Source: a virus
Strand: one strand, 5' to 3'
Length of the DNA stretch: 64,000 nucleotides
IMG/VR virus record: IMGVR_UViG_3300045988_118548
Coordinates: 73,984-137,983 of that record
Position numbers and translations under genes: made by a program. Positions 22,001-29,603 of this stretch are shown here, piece by piece; position 1 is the stretch's first letter, and each line of letters begins with the position of its first letter. Under the pieces are notes generated by a model. The model saw only the letters and a program-made list of their open reading frames with translations. It had not been told where the DNA came from and did not search any database.

Positions 22001-22524
22001 ATGCCTGGAACGAAAATAAAGACAATATGAATGAGGTAGAAAAAACCAATCTCAAACGTCTTAGTGTCTATGCCGGCACGTTCCTTATCATGCAGGCCGT
22101 ATCTATGCTTCTTGCCGGATGGCGTGATGATGATGAAAACGAAGAAAGTTGGCTTACTCAATTCGGATCCTATGTCGGATTCAGAACCATAAACGAAATA
22201 GCTTCACAGATGCCGTTTATTATGGAGCTTAACGTGGTAGATATCATTAACGATCCGTTTGTTATGGGGCGGAAACTGAAGGATCTTACCGATCTTAGGA
22301 ATTACTCACTTGATAAAGTAACATCCGGCACATACAAAGGAGAGTTTAAGTTATTTAGGCAACTCGCCAAACAGACGTTTATCAAACAATGGTATAATAT
22401 CAAGACGCCGGAAGATATAGCGCGCGCCTATAATTGGTGGCAGCAGACAAACAACAAGTCAATGATGTTCTTCATCGGCGCCACTCCTGATTCGGAAGGA
22501 GACGATGATGTTAGTTACAAATAG
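16078..22524 (+). CDS. giant virion-associated protein (2148 aa)
   Basis: Uninterrupted 6.4-kb ORF. Many predicted helical and coiled regions. No DxDGD motif found, so not called RNA polymerase. Confidence 0.85.
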   Translation: MVSTCIIKRDNKKKVVSVSTRSGDRSMLFDKIASIPLMENRERATTVFKTVFSNKFLKAFGDWRKKVPVNKQAYNKVKSNIDLIPEAYRERVLDKASKMSNPVLVSKSDAPYEIRESGFGFYSQDLGDNIMLVDAMVPSSISVPEGPGIDAGQYLQDAISSDFTPVSMVQDKGVNYMVIKDGLKIFSPEELPQTDSNPVGVTYQTGEPRLFFINDRNQLFEDYGEALRSGGNDIRIGFLSGTVQESTVDGVADITYKAGKYVLNNPKSFIPVMTASASTSLSTKGGIINYLIKKGLLSGSKIFDPETRSYYLTGEGHTGQIRLFNSALSYTELRNHFGSDVSMNDQGMITISSLDNSKVTMRLATGGTERVSKEQIKNDLKSGRYNELDAKYDHFDALVVSFILEDNDLYADTKAKIVSDYSRQERDQRNSIVEILKTLGVSVIGMTDYIEKYQTKYGHEPSAKALADIANNVIAVGEDATLSDLVEETAHFLVEAYRDQNAVEAVLQDVEGTEEWNQYAGQYYNTYGKVYEGAELDNAVRREILGKILAREMQTGTAQAPVEPTSFLGRVRQLLSGIVSWLKSALSTQRQDLNNVIKSIRDLAITDIDKGFDTSLLKDNDFTLYSLSSMNKNKFLESKIRALRKTLRDLRQISSDRAVTTSMTLAQLKTIEDKINKVETEIDKNEMAAAMNSMISTAEAQVRYLSNVVNTILHGDTKDGKLHFNTNDRKNVDIINNQVLPIMNDLRGYIRNRSTEFDEREKQDYTNRINTVIADINGIQSDIKSVQDLDESTLLDKLMNELHVPADKVKRVKEFFDKVQHDVSWISRWFGILEHSSSPFNNALGAMIAKDNYNAMVNAQPAISDFLAYAKKHGFNKSEFEKLLQKVDGKTSNYLRSALDMAKYDRNKKLAQMRAFAAAMNIEISEEEINDVVDNNRNYVFKREVVDKDGNTVTENAKFKPSSDRVNTDIFTIEQEKIYTEQMEKWDAENSELEFSESYATRMESIYKKAEEELGHPVSQTTKEYLNALSRQKRILRQPFIDSGGNFDEVAYYKSSNYEEEGLLRKQRKEAASEYIYVGTRRVEKTGDQLKMAKEIQAINEVWRKESNNATNSVSESFLQKLRTIQNESGGEAALKALMLGGHLSFNDRFWNDVESEQSARTESNNKASYLKMAHDIISSTTSDRDATDVDSIVKDIEKNKAIIKEIIGNNRDVADIGEINEATFTSSERDAFRAASEAIEADYAILIDYAKMVGLEDIDKYLTKSSKAENEVNQSYLNALADSKEVEWKFVQRHTTAKKAKRIQALRDKLFKAADNRYLFTVSETNYLSEKLGISKELDGRDFRNAVNAKMASLFLNNTREEGIEADIKAGIEEANAIVNEFARSQVFSYYKRMAPTGYAAMIDKIGRGEIDVAQMVKDVQNGTSTQDYGMDISYLSFDPARAWVAESEAENSGRNPDYVKDHGYGHRMPKKSLYRDESYFNDFGIKYDADGNEVATKNVDQWNMIQKLKEIKRQSLDLYKEQSPNLYAIPQISKQDIERIEGLGINFKNTVRNFVSDLCLDRVDDSLYGKTRQGEVYDPEDRLRSIPKYYIYELENQDDVSHDFGYSYSMLMMQSSLYNEKQKSIELAQGLEQMLLNKQFEGGKKAEATQAYQMFRDFFNDHYYGIRMNTKKLTVNIGGYTVDLTRIMMAVERFMSVMNLALSPFVAATGALTGHINLIMESAVGQYISKDSLKYASAEFSRLAPSCIAETGDIDRKSKLYVIGERMGIFNIRNRMYGAGYNRVARTLMRSPMYAFMEILNYPLDPQVMIATMDNVRYYKGRFYTFQDFKMEKERNKEQSTIKREWNALKDRTLWSMVDVVDGKVVVKPRSGVTVEEVETQMAITRNQVRSLSQICNGSLNEENRTAASRNWIARFMTAHRGWLVLAAQRLWKRRGFNFQTMQEEEGLSITLKNMIAKTFSLASESGMKNIIDAWNENKDNMNEVEKTNLKRLSVYAGTFLIMQAVSMLLAGWRDDDENEESWLTQFGSYVGFRTINEIASQMPFIMELNVVDIINDPFVMGRKLKDLTDLRNYSLDKVTSGTYKGEFKLFRQLAKQTFIKQWYNIKTPEDIARAYNWWQQTNNKSMMFFIGATPDSEGDDDVSYK

Positions 22525-22661
22525 ACGAAGAATATCGGACTTGCATTGTTTTTGTATGATTCCAATATGCTATATTAGTATCGTCAAAGAGTAGATTGTA
22601 CGTTTTTTTGTTCTTACTTGAAAGATTATGTAGGTTTAATTTTTTCTGAAATTGTTTTCTT

Positions 22662-22705
22662 ACCGGTTCTCAGTCAGAGATGATAGAGAACCGGTTTCTT
22701 TTGTT
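22662..22705 (+). terminator. rho-independent terminator at the convergent strand switch
   Basis: Perfect 10-bp stem ACCGGTTCTC/GAGAACCGGT with a 14-nt loop, then TTCTTTTGTT. Lies between the last + gene and the last - gene. Confidence 0.65.
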
Positions 22706-22714
22706 ATGAAAAAA

Positions 22715-22733
22715 AGGTATATAATTACCTAAG
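22715..22733. repeat. palindromic motif copy (AGGTATATAATTACCTAAG)
   Basis: First of four copies. Lies just past the stop of the last minus gene and is followed, in minus sense, by T7. Confidence 0.55.
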
Positions 22734-22736
22734 TTT

Positions 22737-23225
22737 TTAAGCATTAACTTCATGACCTTCCCTATCTGTTAAAGCCAAACCAACACCTTCTATAACGTAT
22801 CCTACTACAGGAGCCTTATCAAATTCTTCCTTCGTAGCCCAAGTAGCATTATCAGGCATCAGATCCTTAAATGCATCCGAAACATCACCTTGGCACCAGC
22901 AGTTATTTGATGTAACAATACCCTTCCCTTCGATATTGATATACATTTTTCTTCCACCACATCCAAGGCTATTCCATCCTCTTGGCACGTTTTCCACCAT
23001 AGGCTTAAGCACCCAGCTTTCACCGTCTATCCTAACCCATCCAGGATCGTCTTTGTGCTTGTCGTACATATTTTGCCAAAAAGAGCATTCGTAGCACCAT
23101 CCCTTGTCTTCCATGATAGTTCTTATCTCACACCTTTCAAATCCATCTGCATCCAACGTGTGCGGAGAATGAGGCTGGTGAGGGGTGCCACATTTTGGAC
23201 ATACGAGTTTTAAATTATCTTTCAT
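22737..23225 (-). CDS. hypothetical Cys-rich protein
   Basis: N-terminal CPKCG zinc-ribbon-like motif. Last gene of the minus block. Confidence 0.55.
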   Translation of the reverse strand: MKDNLKLVCPKCGTPHQPHSPHTLDADGFERCEIRTIMEDKGWCYECSFWQNMYDKHKDDPGWVRIDGESWVLKPMVENVPRGWNSLGCGGRKMYINIEGKGIVTSNNCWCQGDVSDAFKDLMPDNATWATKEEFDKAPVVGYVIEGVGLALTDREGHEVNA

Positions 23226-23460
23226 ATTGCTTTACTTTTACGATTTTAATAGAATCACCAATATTGTATTCTCCTTGGTATCCAACGAATTTTATAATTC
23301 TATTATTTTTAAATATTGAAACTCTTTCGTCTTCACTATAATATATCACACGTCCACCATCTAAAGGAAGTAGATCATATATAACCCATCCTTCATTAAC
23401 CTGATCATCATTCGAACATGATGATAATACTAATGTTATCAATAAAATAAAATACCTCAT
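23215..23460 (-). CDS. small secreted lipoprotein with Bacteroidetes lipoprotein export signal
   Basis: Signal peptide MRYFILLITLVLSSC with lipobox Cys followed by SNDDQ (C-S/N-D-D motif). Confidence 0.55.
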   Translation of the reverse strand: MRYFILLITLVLSSCSNDDQVNEGWVIYDLLPLDGGRVIYYSEDERVSIFKNNRIIKFVGYQGEYNIGDSIKIVKVKQYER

Positions 23461-23467
23461 ATTATTT

Positions 23468-23659
23468 TCAACATAAAAATTTGTAACCTGGTTTTACTGC
23501 TTCCGCTTCTTCTCTCGTATCAAACATTAAGGTAGTGACAGCTCCTATGCCTTCACAAACGTAAGATACTTTTACCCACCACCTAAAAATACCAGAGCCG
23601 TAATCATCATAGTACGGCTCGGAAAGGACCTCTTCTACGTACCCATCTAAGTAATTCAT
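23468..23659 (-). CDS. hypothetical protein
   Basis: 63-aa ORF. Confidence 0.45.
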   Translation of the reverse strand: MNYLDGYVEEVLSEPYYDDYGSGIFRWWVKVSYVCEGIGAVTTLMFDTREEAEAVKPGYKFLC

Positions 23660-24369
23660 GATCGCTCCTCCTTATTTTCAGATTCTGCCTCTTCGAGTAT
23701 GCTGATCACCTTATCAACAATATCCGAATCAGACATTTTCTCAATAAAAACATCCATTGCCTTAGTTATGTCATTGGCTTCTTTTTCTTCAAGAGCAATC
23801 TCTCCACCGGTAATAGCATCAGATAATGATGTAGATAAGTGTCTTATCTTATCAATGCTCATAAACGTAAATGGATTACCACCTTGACCTCCACCCATTT
23901 CTTTCATGATCTGATATCCACCTGAAATAAGTCTGCCTGATGTCGTGGCCAAGGAGGATACGATTAGGGACAGTACCGCCACCTCCGTCCGCTCCTCGGA
24001 TACACCCCTCGACCACACGGCTGCCCTTATAGCGCCGGCCAGGTCGTCTATGTATGGCATGAGGTAATCTTCCATCGCTTGTGTTATATCAGCTATAACC
24101 TCACTACGCTCTTTATTTATGTAGTAGATAGAAGCATTGTACTTCTTTATCTCTTTGTCCATATCATTTAAAAGACGCTTGATATTGTGCTTATACATAG
24201 GACTGGTTTTAATTACTTCCTTTAGCTTAAGAATGTAATTATAAGCCTGGTCATTTACGAACAACGTCATGGTTTCAACCGTTGAATGAAGCGTGTTGAG
24301 GCTGTTAAGAATCTTATCGAAATTGTTTATCAAATAAGCTTTTCTGGCTTTTGCTGCATAGTTAATCAT
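23656..24369 (-). CDS. hypothetical protein
   Basis: 237-aa ORF, start and stop overlapping neighbours. Confidence 0.6.
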   Translation of the reverse strand: MINYAAKARKAYLINNFDKILNSLNTLHSTVETMTLFVNDQAYNYILKLKEVIKTSPMYKHNIKRLLNDMDKEIKKYNASIYYINKERSEVIADITQAMEDYLMPYIDDLAGAIRAAVWSRGVSEERTEVAVLSLIVSSLATTSGRLISGGYQIMKEMGGGQGGNPFTFMSIDKIRHLSTSLSDAITGGEIALEEKEANDITKAMDVFIEKMSDSDIVDKVISILEEAESENKEERS

Positions 24370-24904
24370 CGCATTCGAATTTTAGATTTTCAAGTTCATG
24401 TATTTGTAACCTAAGAGACTTAATTAAATTCGTTCTCTGTTCCTCTGCATGTTTTAAAGCCTCTTCCTTGCTTTCAAAAGCACAATCCCCTATCTGATAA
24501 GGGGTGTAACGACCAGGAGTGTCGGCTAATAAAAGACCACCACAATCTTCTATTCTGGCTTTTACCTTTCTTATTTTCCCATCTTTTAGACACATGTCTG
24601 TAACCCATACGAATTTACCATATAATTTATCATACTCTTCTGATCTCTCTTCTTGCAATTCATACCATTTAGGCTTAGGAAATCTTAATGTGAATTTAAC
24701 CTCAGTATCTTTTTCTAAGACATTAATATCGTATGCTTCCGGCCACAGCTCTTTTATGCTGTCTTCGTCTTCGGCATACGCTACAAGTATGAATGAATCA
24801 TCGGATTCACCACTACACCAATATGGATATTTTATAGGCCATTTGACTGGACGGTAGTCGTTACCGCAGTCGGATTTTTTAATGTAAAATCTTGCTCTAA
24901 TCAT
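24362..24904 (-). CDS. hypothetical protein
   Basis: 180-aa ORF. Confidence 0.6.
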   Translation of the reverse strand: MIRARFYIKKSDCGNDYRPVKWPIKYPYWCSGESDDSFILVAYAEDEDSIKELWPEAYDINVLEKDTEVKFTLRFPKPKWYELQEERSEEYDKLYGKFVWVTDMCLKDGKIRKVKARIEDCGGLLLADTPGRYTPYQIGDCAFESKEEALKHAEEQRTNLIKSLRLQIHELENLKFECDD

Positions 24905-24911
24905 ATCGTTA

Positions 24912-25223
24912 TTAATCTGATAATTTTTCTATTTTAATTAATTTTGATGATAGATACATATTCCATTTCCCTCTGCCTCTGTCACCTTTTTCGTTTTGTT
25001 TTTGGATTGTCAAGTACAGATCTCCGTCTTCACATACTTCAACTTTTTTCAAGAAGCCTATCATTTCATCTCCTGCTTCGTGTAAAATACGGATCTTATC
25101 TCCTTCTTTTAACCCATAATTGGAATCAAAGTATTCTTTTTTGATTCTATCAATGTTGTCTTTATGGTTTTTTATAGCATAAAGCTCTTTTCTTAATAAA
25201 TAATTTAGTTGTTCTATTGTCAT
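24912..25223 (-). CDS. hypothetical protein
   Basis: 103-aa ORF. Confidence 0.55.
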   Translation of the reverse strand: MTIEQLNYLLRKELYAIKNHKDNIDRIKKEYFDSNYGLKEGDKIRILHEAGDEMIGFLKKVEVCEDGDLYLTIQKQNEKGDRGRGKWNMYLSSKLIKIEKLSD

Positions 25224-25777
25224 TTCTTTTCCTCCTTATTTAATGGTATTAATCCTTTCCCGTGCTTATCATACCACAGCATAGCTATACAATTCCATGC
25301 ACATTGTGCAAGATGAAAAGCTCCTGTATCTGAGTCTATTCTTTCCCCTTTCATGTATTCCATCAGGTGTCGAAACATCGCAGCACGGTACCGTTCAAAT
25401 CCGTTGTCAAGGTTCTGCCAAGTATTAGGATCGTACTTTTTGGCTCCGGCATGATAGACTTTTACAATGTCCTCAATCTCTTCCATTGGAAGCAAATCCC
25501 ATCGTAGTTTATCATCAATGATGTCATTTTTCACCGATTTGTTTTCTATGGGGTCTTTGGTAAGAATAATATCCATAATATCCGTTTCTATGACGAACGT
25601 CTCCCCATTGCAACAAACCTCAGCATATTTATCATTTACTTCTATGTCTGATACTGCCTCCGCTATAGCTCCTTTGACGATTTTAAATTCGGCACTGATT
25701 ATATCATCTTTTAATATGCGAAAAATAGATCCTTTTGGATAAAGGATATTTTTAGTATTATCATCCATCTTTTCCAT
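25220..25777 (-). CDS. putative nucleotide pyrophosphohydrolase (dATP/dGTP diphosphohydrolase N-terminal-domain-like)
   Basis: The C-terminal half WDLLPMEEIEDIVKVYHAGAKKYDPNTWQN...FRHLMEYMKGERIDSDTGAFHLAQCAWNCIAMLWY matches, from memory, the phage MazG-associated dATP/dGTP pyrophosphohydrolase domain pattern (W.L.P...GA.KY..W...RHL...GE.D..SG..HLA...N). Confidence 0.4.
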   Translation of the reverse strand: MEKMDDNTKNILYPKGSIFRILKDDIISAEFKIVKGAIAEAVSDIEVNDKYAEVCCNGETFVIETDIMDIILTKDPIENKSVKNDIIDDKLRWDLLPMEEIEDIVKVYHAGAKKYDPNTWQNLDNGFERYRAAMFRHLMEYMKGERIDSDTGAFHLAQCAWNCIAMLWYDKHGKGLIPLNKEEKK

Positions 25778-25829
25778 TGCTTTATCGTTGTTTTACCTCA
25801 TTTCGATAGTAATATAATCCATCTTCGTC

Positions 25830-26117
25830 TTATACCCTATCATTCCTGTTATTCTCAAAATATTGTCTTACGGCTTCAATCGCCTTATCGTCATCAAAAG
25901 CCTCTACAAACCCCTCATAGAATCTATTTCGCTCCATAGAGAACGTATTGCTTCCATCCGGAATGGTTCTGAACACAACTACCTTCTCTCCATCTACGTT
26001 CGTTCCTATGATGTTGTTATGGAGAATAATAGAATACCGCCCAGAGTTTTTGTTCTGGACGACACTATGTTCGAGATTGTAGAGTCTAAGTAGTTCTCTT
26101 ATTTCTTTTACTCCCAT
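25830..26117 (-). CDS. hypothetical protein
   Basis: 95-aa ORF. Confidence 0.5.
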   Translation of the reverse strand: MGVKEIRELLRLYNLEHSVVQNKNSGRYSIILHNNIIGTNVDGEKVVVFRTIPDGSNTFSMERNRFYEGFVEAFDDDKAIEAVRQYFENNRNDRV

Positions 26118-26118
26118 A

Positions 26119-26835
26119 TTATTTTACGTTTTTAGAAGTTACAGCCTCTTCTCCCCATTTCTTTACATATATAGATCTCATCATGTTCATTAAATTAGAG
26201 AAAGAAGAGATGGTTCCCATTTCTATACAAAATGCAAGATTAGATTGAAGCATTTCAAGTTCTTTTAACTGCTCTTGAGTTGCTCTGTTATCTAAAACAT
26301 ATTTATGTTTATTGAATACAATCCAGTTTAACTTATCAGCCATTTCTATATAATCAACATCTTCAAATTTTGATACAGACCTTGAAAGAGTATTGTATTT
26401 ATCCCCTATCTCTATTCTATCCAAAATAAGTTTATCATTTAACCATCCAGTAACTTCTGCATACAGCATAGGATTTAATTCTATAGCGACTAATACCCAT
26501 ATGTAGGGATCACACATAACATTTCTGTTTGTTCCTCTTCCTGTAGTCTTATAGGCATTATACCACTTCATTACTTTTATCAAAGAGTTGTTTTCCACTA
26601 TATCCATAAACTCTTTCAAGGTTTCACTTTTTATGTATTTCTGTTTTTTAAGAATATAAAATATCCTTTCTGCACTCTCCTTGTTCGAAAGAATATTTTC
26701 TATTCTCTTATCATTCCACCCCATCTCCACTCTTTTTCTTGTATATGCCTCTTGTAATCCAGTTAATGACATAAAGGAAGTTTTAATGTCCTGTCTGATT
26801 ACCACTCCATACAATAACCTGTCTTTAGAAATCAT
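26119..26835 (-). CDS. putative KilA-N-like DNA-binding domain protein
   Basis: N-terminal ~100 aa (VVIRQDIKTSFMSLTGLQEAYTRKR...) resembles the KilA-N/APSES fold pattern. Weak, recognised by eye only. Confidence 0.3.
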   Translation of the reverse strand: MISKDRLLYGVVIRQDIKTSFMSLTGLQEAYTRKRVEMGWNDKRIENILSNKESAERIFYILKKQKYIKSETLKEFMDIVENNSLIKVMKWYNAYKTTGRGTNRNVMCDPYIWVLVAIELNPMLYAEVTGWLNDKLILDRIEIGDKYNTLSRSVSKFEDVDYIEMADKLNWIVFNKHKYVLDNRATQEQLKELEMLQSNLAFCIEMGTISSFSNLMNMMRSIYVKKWGEEAVTSKNVK

Positions 26836-26955
26836 AACTTTTAAATTATTTAATAAAATACGCTTGTATTAAAATTACACGACGTAAAAATATAGATTGT
26901 GTAACTTTAATACAAGCGTATTGTGTTAAATTTTACTTATAGTGTTTTTATAGAC

Positions 26956-27312
26956 TCACATTATTCCTTCTAAATTTACTTTTATAGAACCATTTATGGT
27001 TTTAATGCTCCCATCTATGGTTGAAATCACATCATCTATATCATTTATAATGCCTTCCATGTCATCAACCACCTCCTCCATATCAGTTACAGCCCGATCT
27101 GATTCCCAATATCTTTCTGAGTCTTGTAACGATTCCGGTATATTATCTCTCGCCTCCGTCTCTTCATCTAAAATCATATCAATATCATCTTTGGCTGAAT
27201 TTATGTTGTGCTTTAACTCCGATAACTTTGATTTGATGTATTCAAAATCTGTTTTATACTTATTTGCGTTTTTGATAACATCTGATATTTTTTTTCTTCT
27301 CTTGTTGTTCAT
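26956..27312 (-). CDS. hypothetical acidic coiled-coil protein
   Basis: 118-aa ORF, D/E-rich. Confidence 0.5.
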   Translation of the reverse strand: MNNKRRKKISDVIKNANKYKTDFEYIKSKLSELKHNINSAKDDIDMILDEETEARDNIPESLQDSERYWESDRAVTDMEEVVDDMEGIINDIDDVISTIDGSIKTINGSIKVNLEGIM

Positions 27313-28739
27313 GCTTTTATCCTATTATAATATTCGATAATCTTTTCTTTCCTATCTCCCGGTTTTACTGCCATATTCTCAGCCAAGAACCTAAAATACG
27401 ACACCGGTATGTCCTTGAATCTAATTCCTTCATATTTTCCAAACCACATTATTATACTGTCAAGATCGTCTTCTCTCCTACCATCTCCATTCACAGATTT
27501 AAGAGAAGCTGCCCGGCGAAGGATTTCGTCTTTGGTAATAATATCCCCCATCCTTATATTGGATAGAAGCTGATTGCCGGCAAACATACACCAGCCCTTA
27601 GAAGGAAATTGTTCGATCGTTAAATCTTCTATCCGGCCGAAACGCCTCATGTTGTCGCAGCAATCAACTATCAGTGCCTCTTTCTTGTCAGGATGAATAC
27701 GAACGCACCTGCCGAGCACCTGGTAATATGTTGAATATGAGAATGTTGGGCGCCCAAACATCACACAATCAAGTTCGGGAAAATCAAATCCGGTAGCAAG
27801 CGTTGAATAATTAAAAACCACCTTCAACTTACCTTCTTTGAAATCGGATATGATTTGTTCTCTTTTCTTTTTGGTTGTTAGCGATGTTACGACGCCGGTT
27901 ATGGCTCCCATCCTGGCATTCATGAACTCTGATATTCTATTACATGATTCGATAGAATCCATGCAAACCAAAATGGCTTTACGCTCGTTCATAAGCTGAA
28001 GAAGACGCTTATAGATAGAGTTGTTTAAGCCATTTCGTGCAATACTTTCTTTAATAGATTCGTTGGTGTATTCGGCCCCGGTACTGTTTAACATCAGAGC
28101 CGATTCATCAAAAGACCATCGTTCGTACTTAAGTGGGCACCAAAACCCTTGAGAAGTTAGCTCTTGTATTTGAGTTACGTGAACTATCTTCTTAAAGAAG
28201 TTATGTTCGTCTTTCGTCAGCATATTGAGCTTGCTATAGTTCCCTTCCAGCATGGAGCTGTAGGTCCGGAGGCGGCAGGGCGTGGCAGTGAAGCCCAGCA
28301 CCTCCGCCTTTGGGAACTCGTTCATAAACTCCATAAATTCAGAACCTTCTTCTGGGGAATATCCTGAATGACATTCGTCTATCAATAAGGTATCTATCCC
28401 TATATCCTTCAACTTCGCTACATCTTTCTTTATGCTCTTTAATGTTGCATAAGTCATAGCCGACAGTTCTTTTACACCACATGAAGCAGAATATATAGTA
28501 GGCTCAGAGCCGAATGATATAGCCTTCGCATAATTCTGCTCCAGAATCTCTTTAGATGGTTGCAATACAAGAATAGGTCTTTTTAATTCATGAGCTATCT
28601 TGCTAATTATTAAAGACTTCCCCGCTGCACACGGCAAGACTTCTATGCCAGGCTTCTTAGATCTTCCTGTAAGAAACTTAAGCCCGGCATCTACTGCCTC
28701 TTTTTGGTAAGGTCTAAGTTCAAAGCCCACTGCAATCAA
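27309..28739 (-). CDS. superfamily-2 DEAH-box DNA/RNA helicase (type III restriction Res-subunit-like)
   Basis: Motif I LPCAAGKS, motif II LIDECH, motif III GFTATP. About 120-aa C-terminal extension of unknown function. Confidence 0.75.
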   Translation of the reverse strand: MIAVGFELRPYQKEAVDAGLKFLTGRSKKPGIEVLPCAAGKSLIISKIAHELKRPILVLQPSKEILEQNYAKAISFGSEPTIYSASCGVKELSAMTYATLKSIKKDVAKLKDIGIDTLLIDECHSGYSPEEGSEFMEFMNEFPKAEVLGFTATPCRLRTYSSMLEGNYSKLNMLTKDEHNFFKKIVHVTQIQELTSQGFWCPLKYERWSFDESALMLNSTGAEYTNESIKESIARNGLNNSIYKRLLQLMNERKAILVCMDSIESCNRISEFMNARMGAITGVVTSLTTKKKREQIISDFKEGKLKVVFNYSTLATGFDFPELDCVMFGRPTFSYSTYYQVLGRCVRIHPDKKEALIVDCCDNMRRFGRIEDLTIEQFPSKGWCMFAGNQLLSNIRMGDIITKDEILRRAASLKSVNGDGRREDDLDSIIMWFGKYEGIRFKDIPVSYFRFLAENMAVKPGDRKEKIIEYYNRIKA

Positions 28740-29118
28740 TATTATAATTCTGTGCGTAAAATCTTATTTCTTCTACCATTATTTTCCTTGCTATTTCTAT
28801 ATCGTCTTCATCCAAGCATATATTACATTCTACATAATCGGGATACGATATAGTATTTGCATCTCCTATCGTGTATGCGCAACAATAATCAAACTCTGGT
28901 TCTTTGGCTACAGGAATAAAATCTTTGTCATCTGCCTCTGACAAAGCGCAGTACTCAACATCTGTTTCACACAATACAGTCAATTTTTCGACTTTTATAG
29001 TCAGATTATTATCTTCATAATGACCACTATAAAGCCATAATTCCTTCCCCTTGTTTTTGTAGAAGTCATCCAGTCTTTCCTTGATACTTTTCGCTTTTTT
29101 GATTTCAATCTTTTCCAT
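28720..29118 (-). CDS. hypothetical protein
   Basis: 132-aa ORF. Confidence 0.55.
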   Translation of the reverse strand: MEKIEIKKAKSIKERLDDFYKNKGKELWLYSGHYEDNNLTIKVEKLTVLCETDVEYCALSEADDKDFIPVAKEPEFDYCCAYTIGDANTISYPDYVECNICLDEDDIEIARKIMVEEIRFYAQNYNIDCSGL

Positions 29119-29128
29119 GACATTTTTT

Positions 29129-29437
29129 TTAATTAGTTATTAAAATATATCTTTTAACAATATCTTCAAGCTCCATAGAAAATAACAAACCTGGGCTTTT
29201 TTTGTACTCGTACAGAGTGTACCCTTCCTTTATGTCTAATATCTTAATCACATGCTTGCCTCTTTCAAATGGATTCGTGAAGTAGCCTTTGTATTCGTAT
29301 CTTTGACCTACTTTTATTTTGTCGGTTTTCTTCTTCATCTTATACCGATCTATCGCCCTGCTTATTTTTATAAGAGCCGTTACAAACAGGTATGATAATA
29401 AAAAGACTGCCGCTCCTGTTATCAATGCTTCTTTCAT
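29129..29437 (-). CDS. hypothetical single-pass membrane protein
   Basis: N-terminal transmembrane helix (ITGAAVFLLSYLFVTALI). Confidence 0.5.
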   Translation of the reverse strand: MKEALITGAAVFLLSYLFVTALIKISRAIDRYKMKKKTDKIKVGQRYEYKGYFTNPFERGKHVIKILDIKEGYTLYEYKKSPGLLFSMELEDIVKRYILITN

Positions 29438-29601
29438 TGCACCTCTTTTAAGTAGTTAAACCATATATCCTCCAGTCTTTCCTGAAGCTCAAATGCTTTC
29501 TTAAAATTCCCGCTTCTTACAGCAACGTCTCTCATGTATTCTACGTTTATAACCTCCGGATCTTGCCGGTATTTTGTTCTTAACTTTTGAACATCCTCGT
29601 A
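29434..29601 (-). CDS. hypothetical small protein (~55 aa)
   Basis: ORF below the track threshold (MKYEDVQKLRTKYRQDPEV...). Its TGA overlaps the ATG of the downstream gene (ATGA). Confidence 0.3.
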   Translation of the reverse strand, partial: YEDVQKLRTKYRQDPEVINVEYMRDVAVRSGNFKKAFELQERLEDIWFNYLKEVQ

Positions 29602-29603
29602 TT

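Noticed and set aside
16078-22524. Identifying the 2148-aa protein as the crAss-type virion RNA polymerase.
   Set aside because: No DxDGD catalytic motif or recognisable double-psi beta-barrel signature was visible by eye. Size alone is not evidence.
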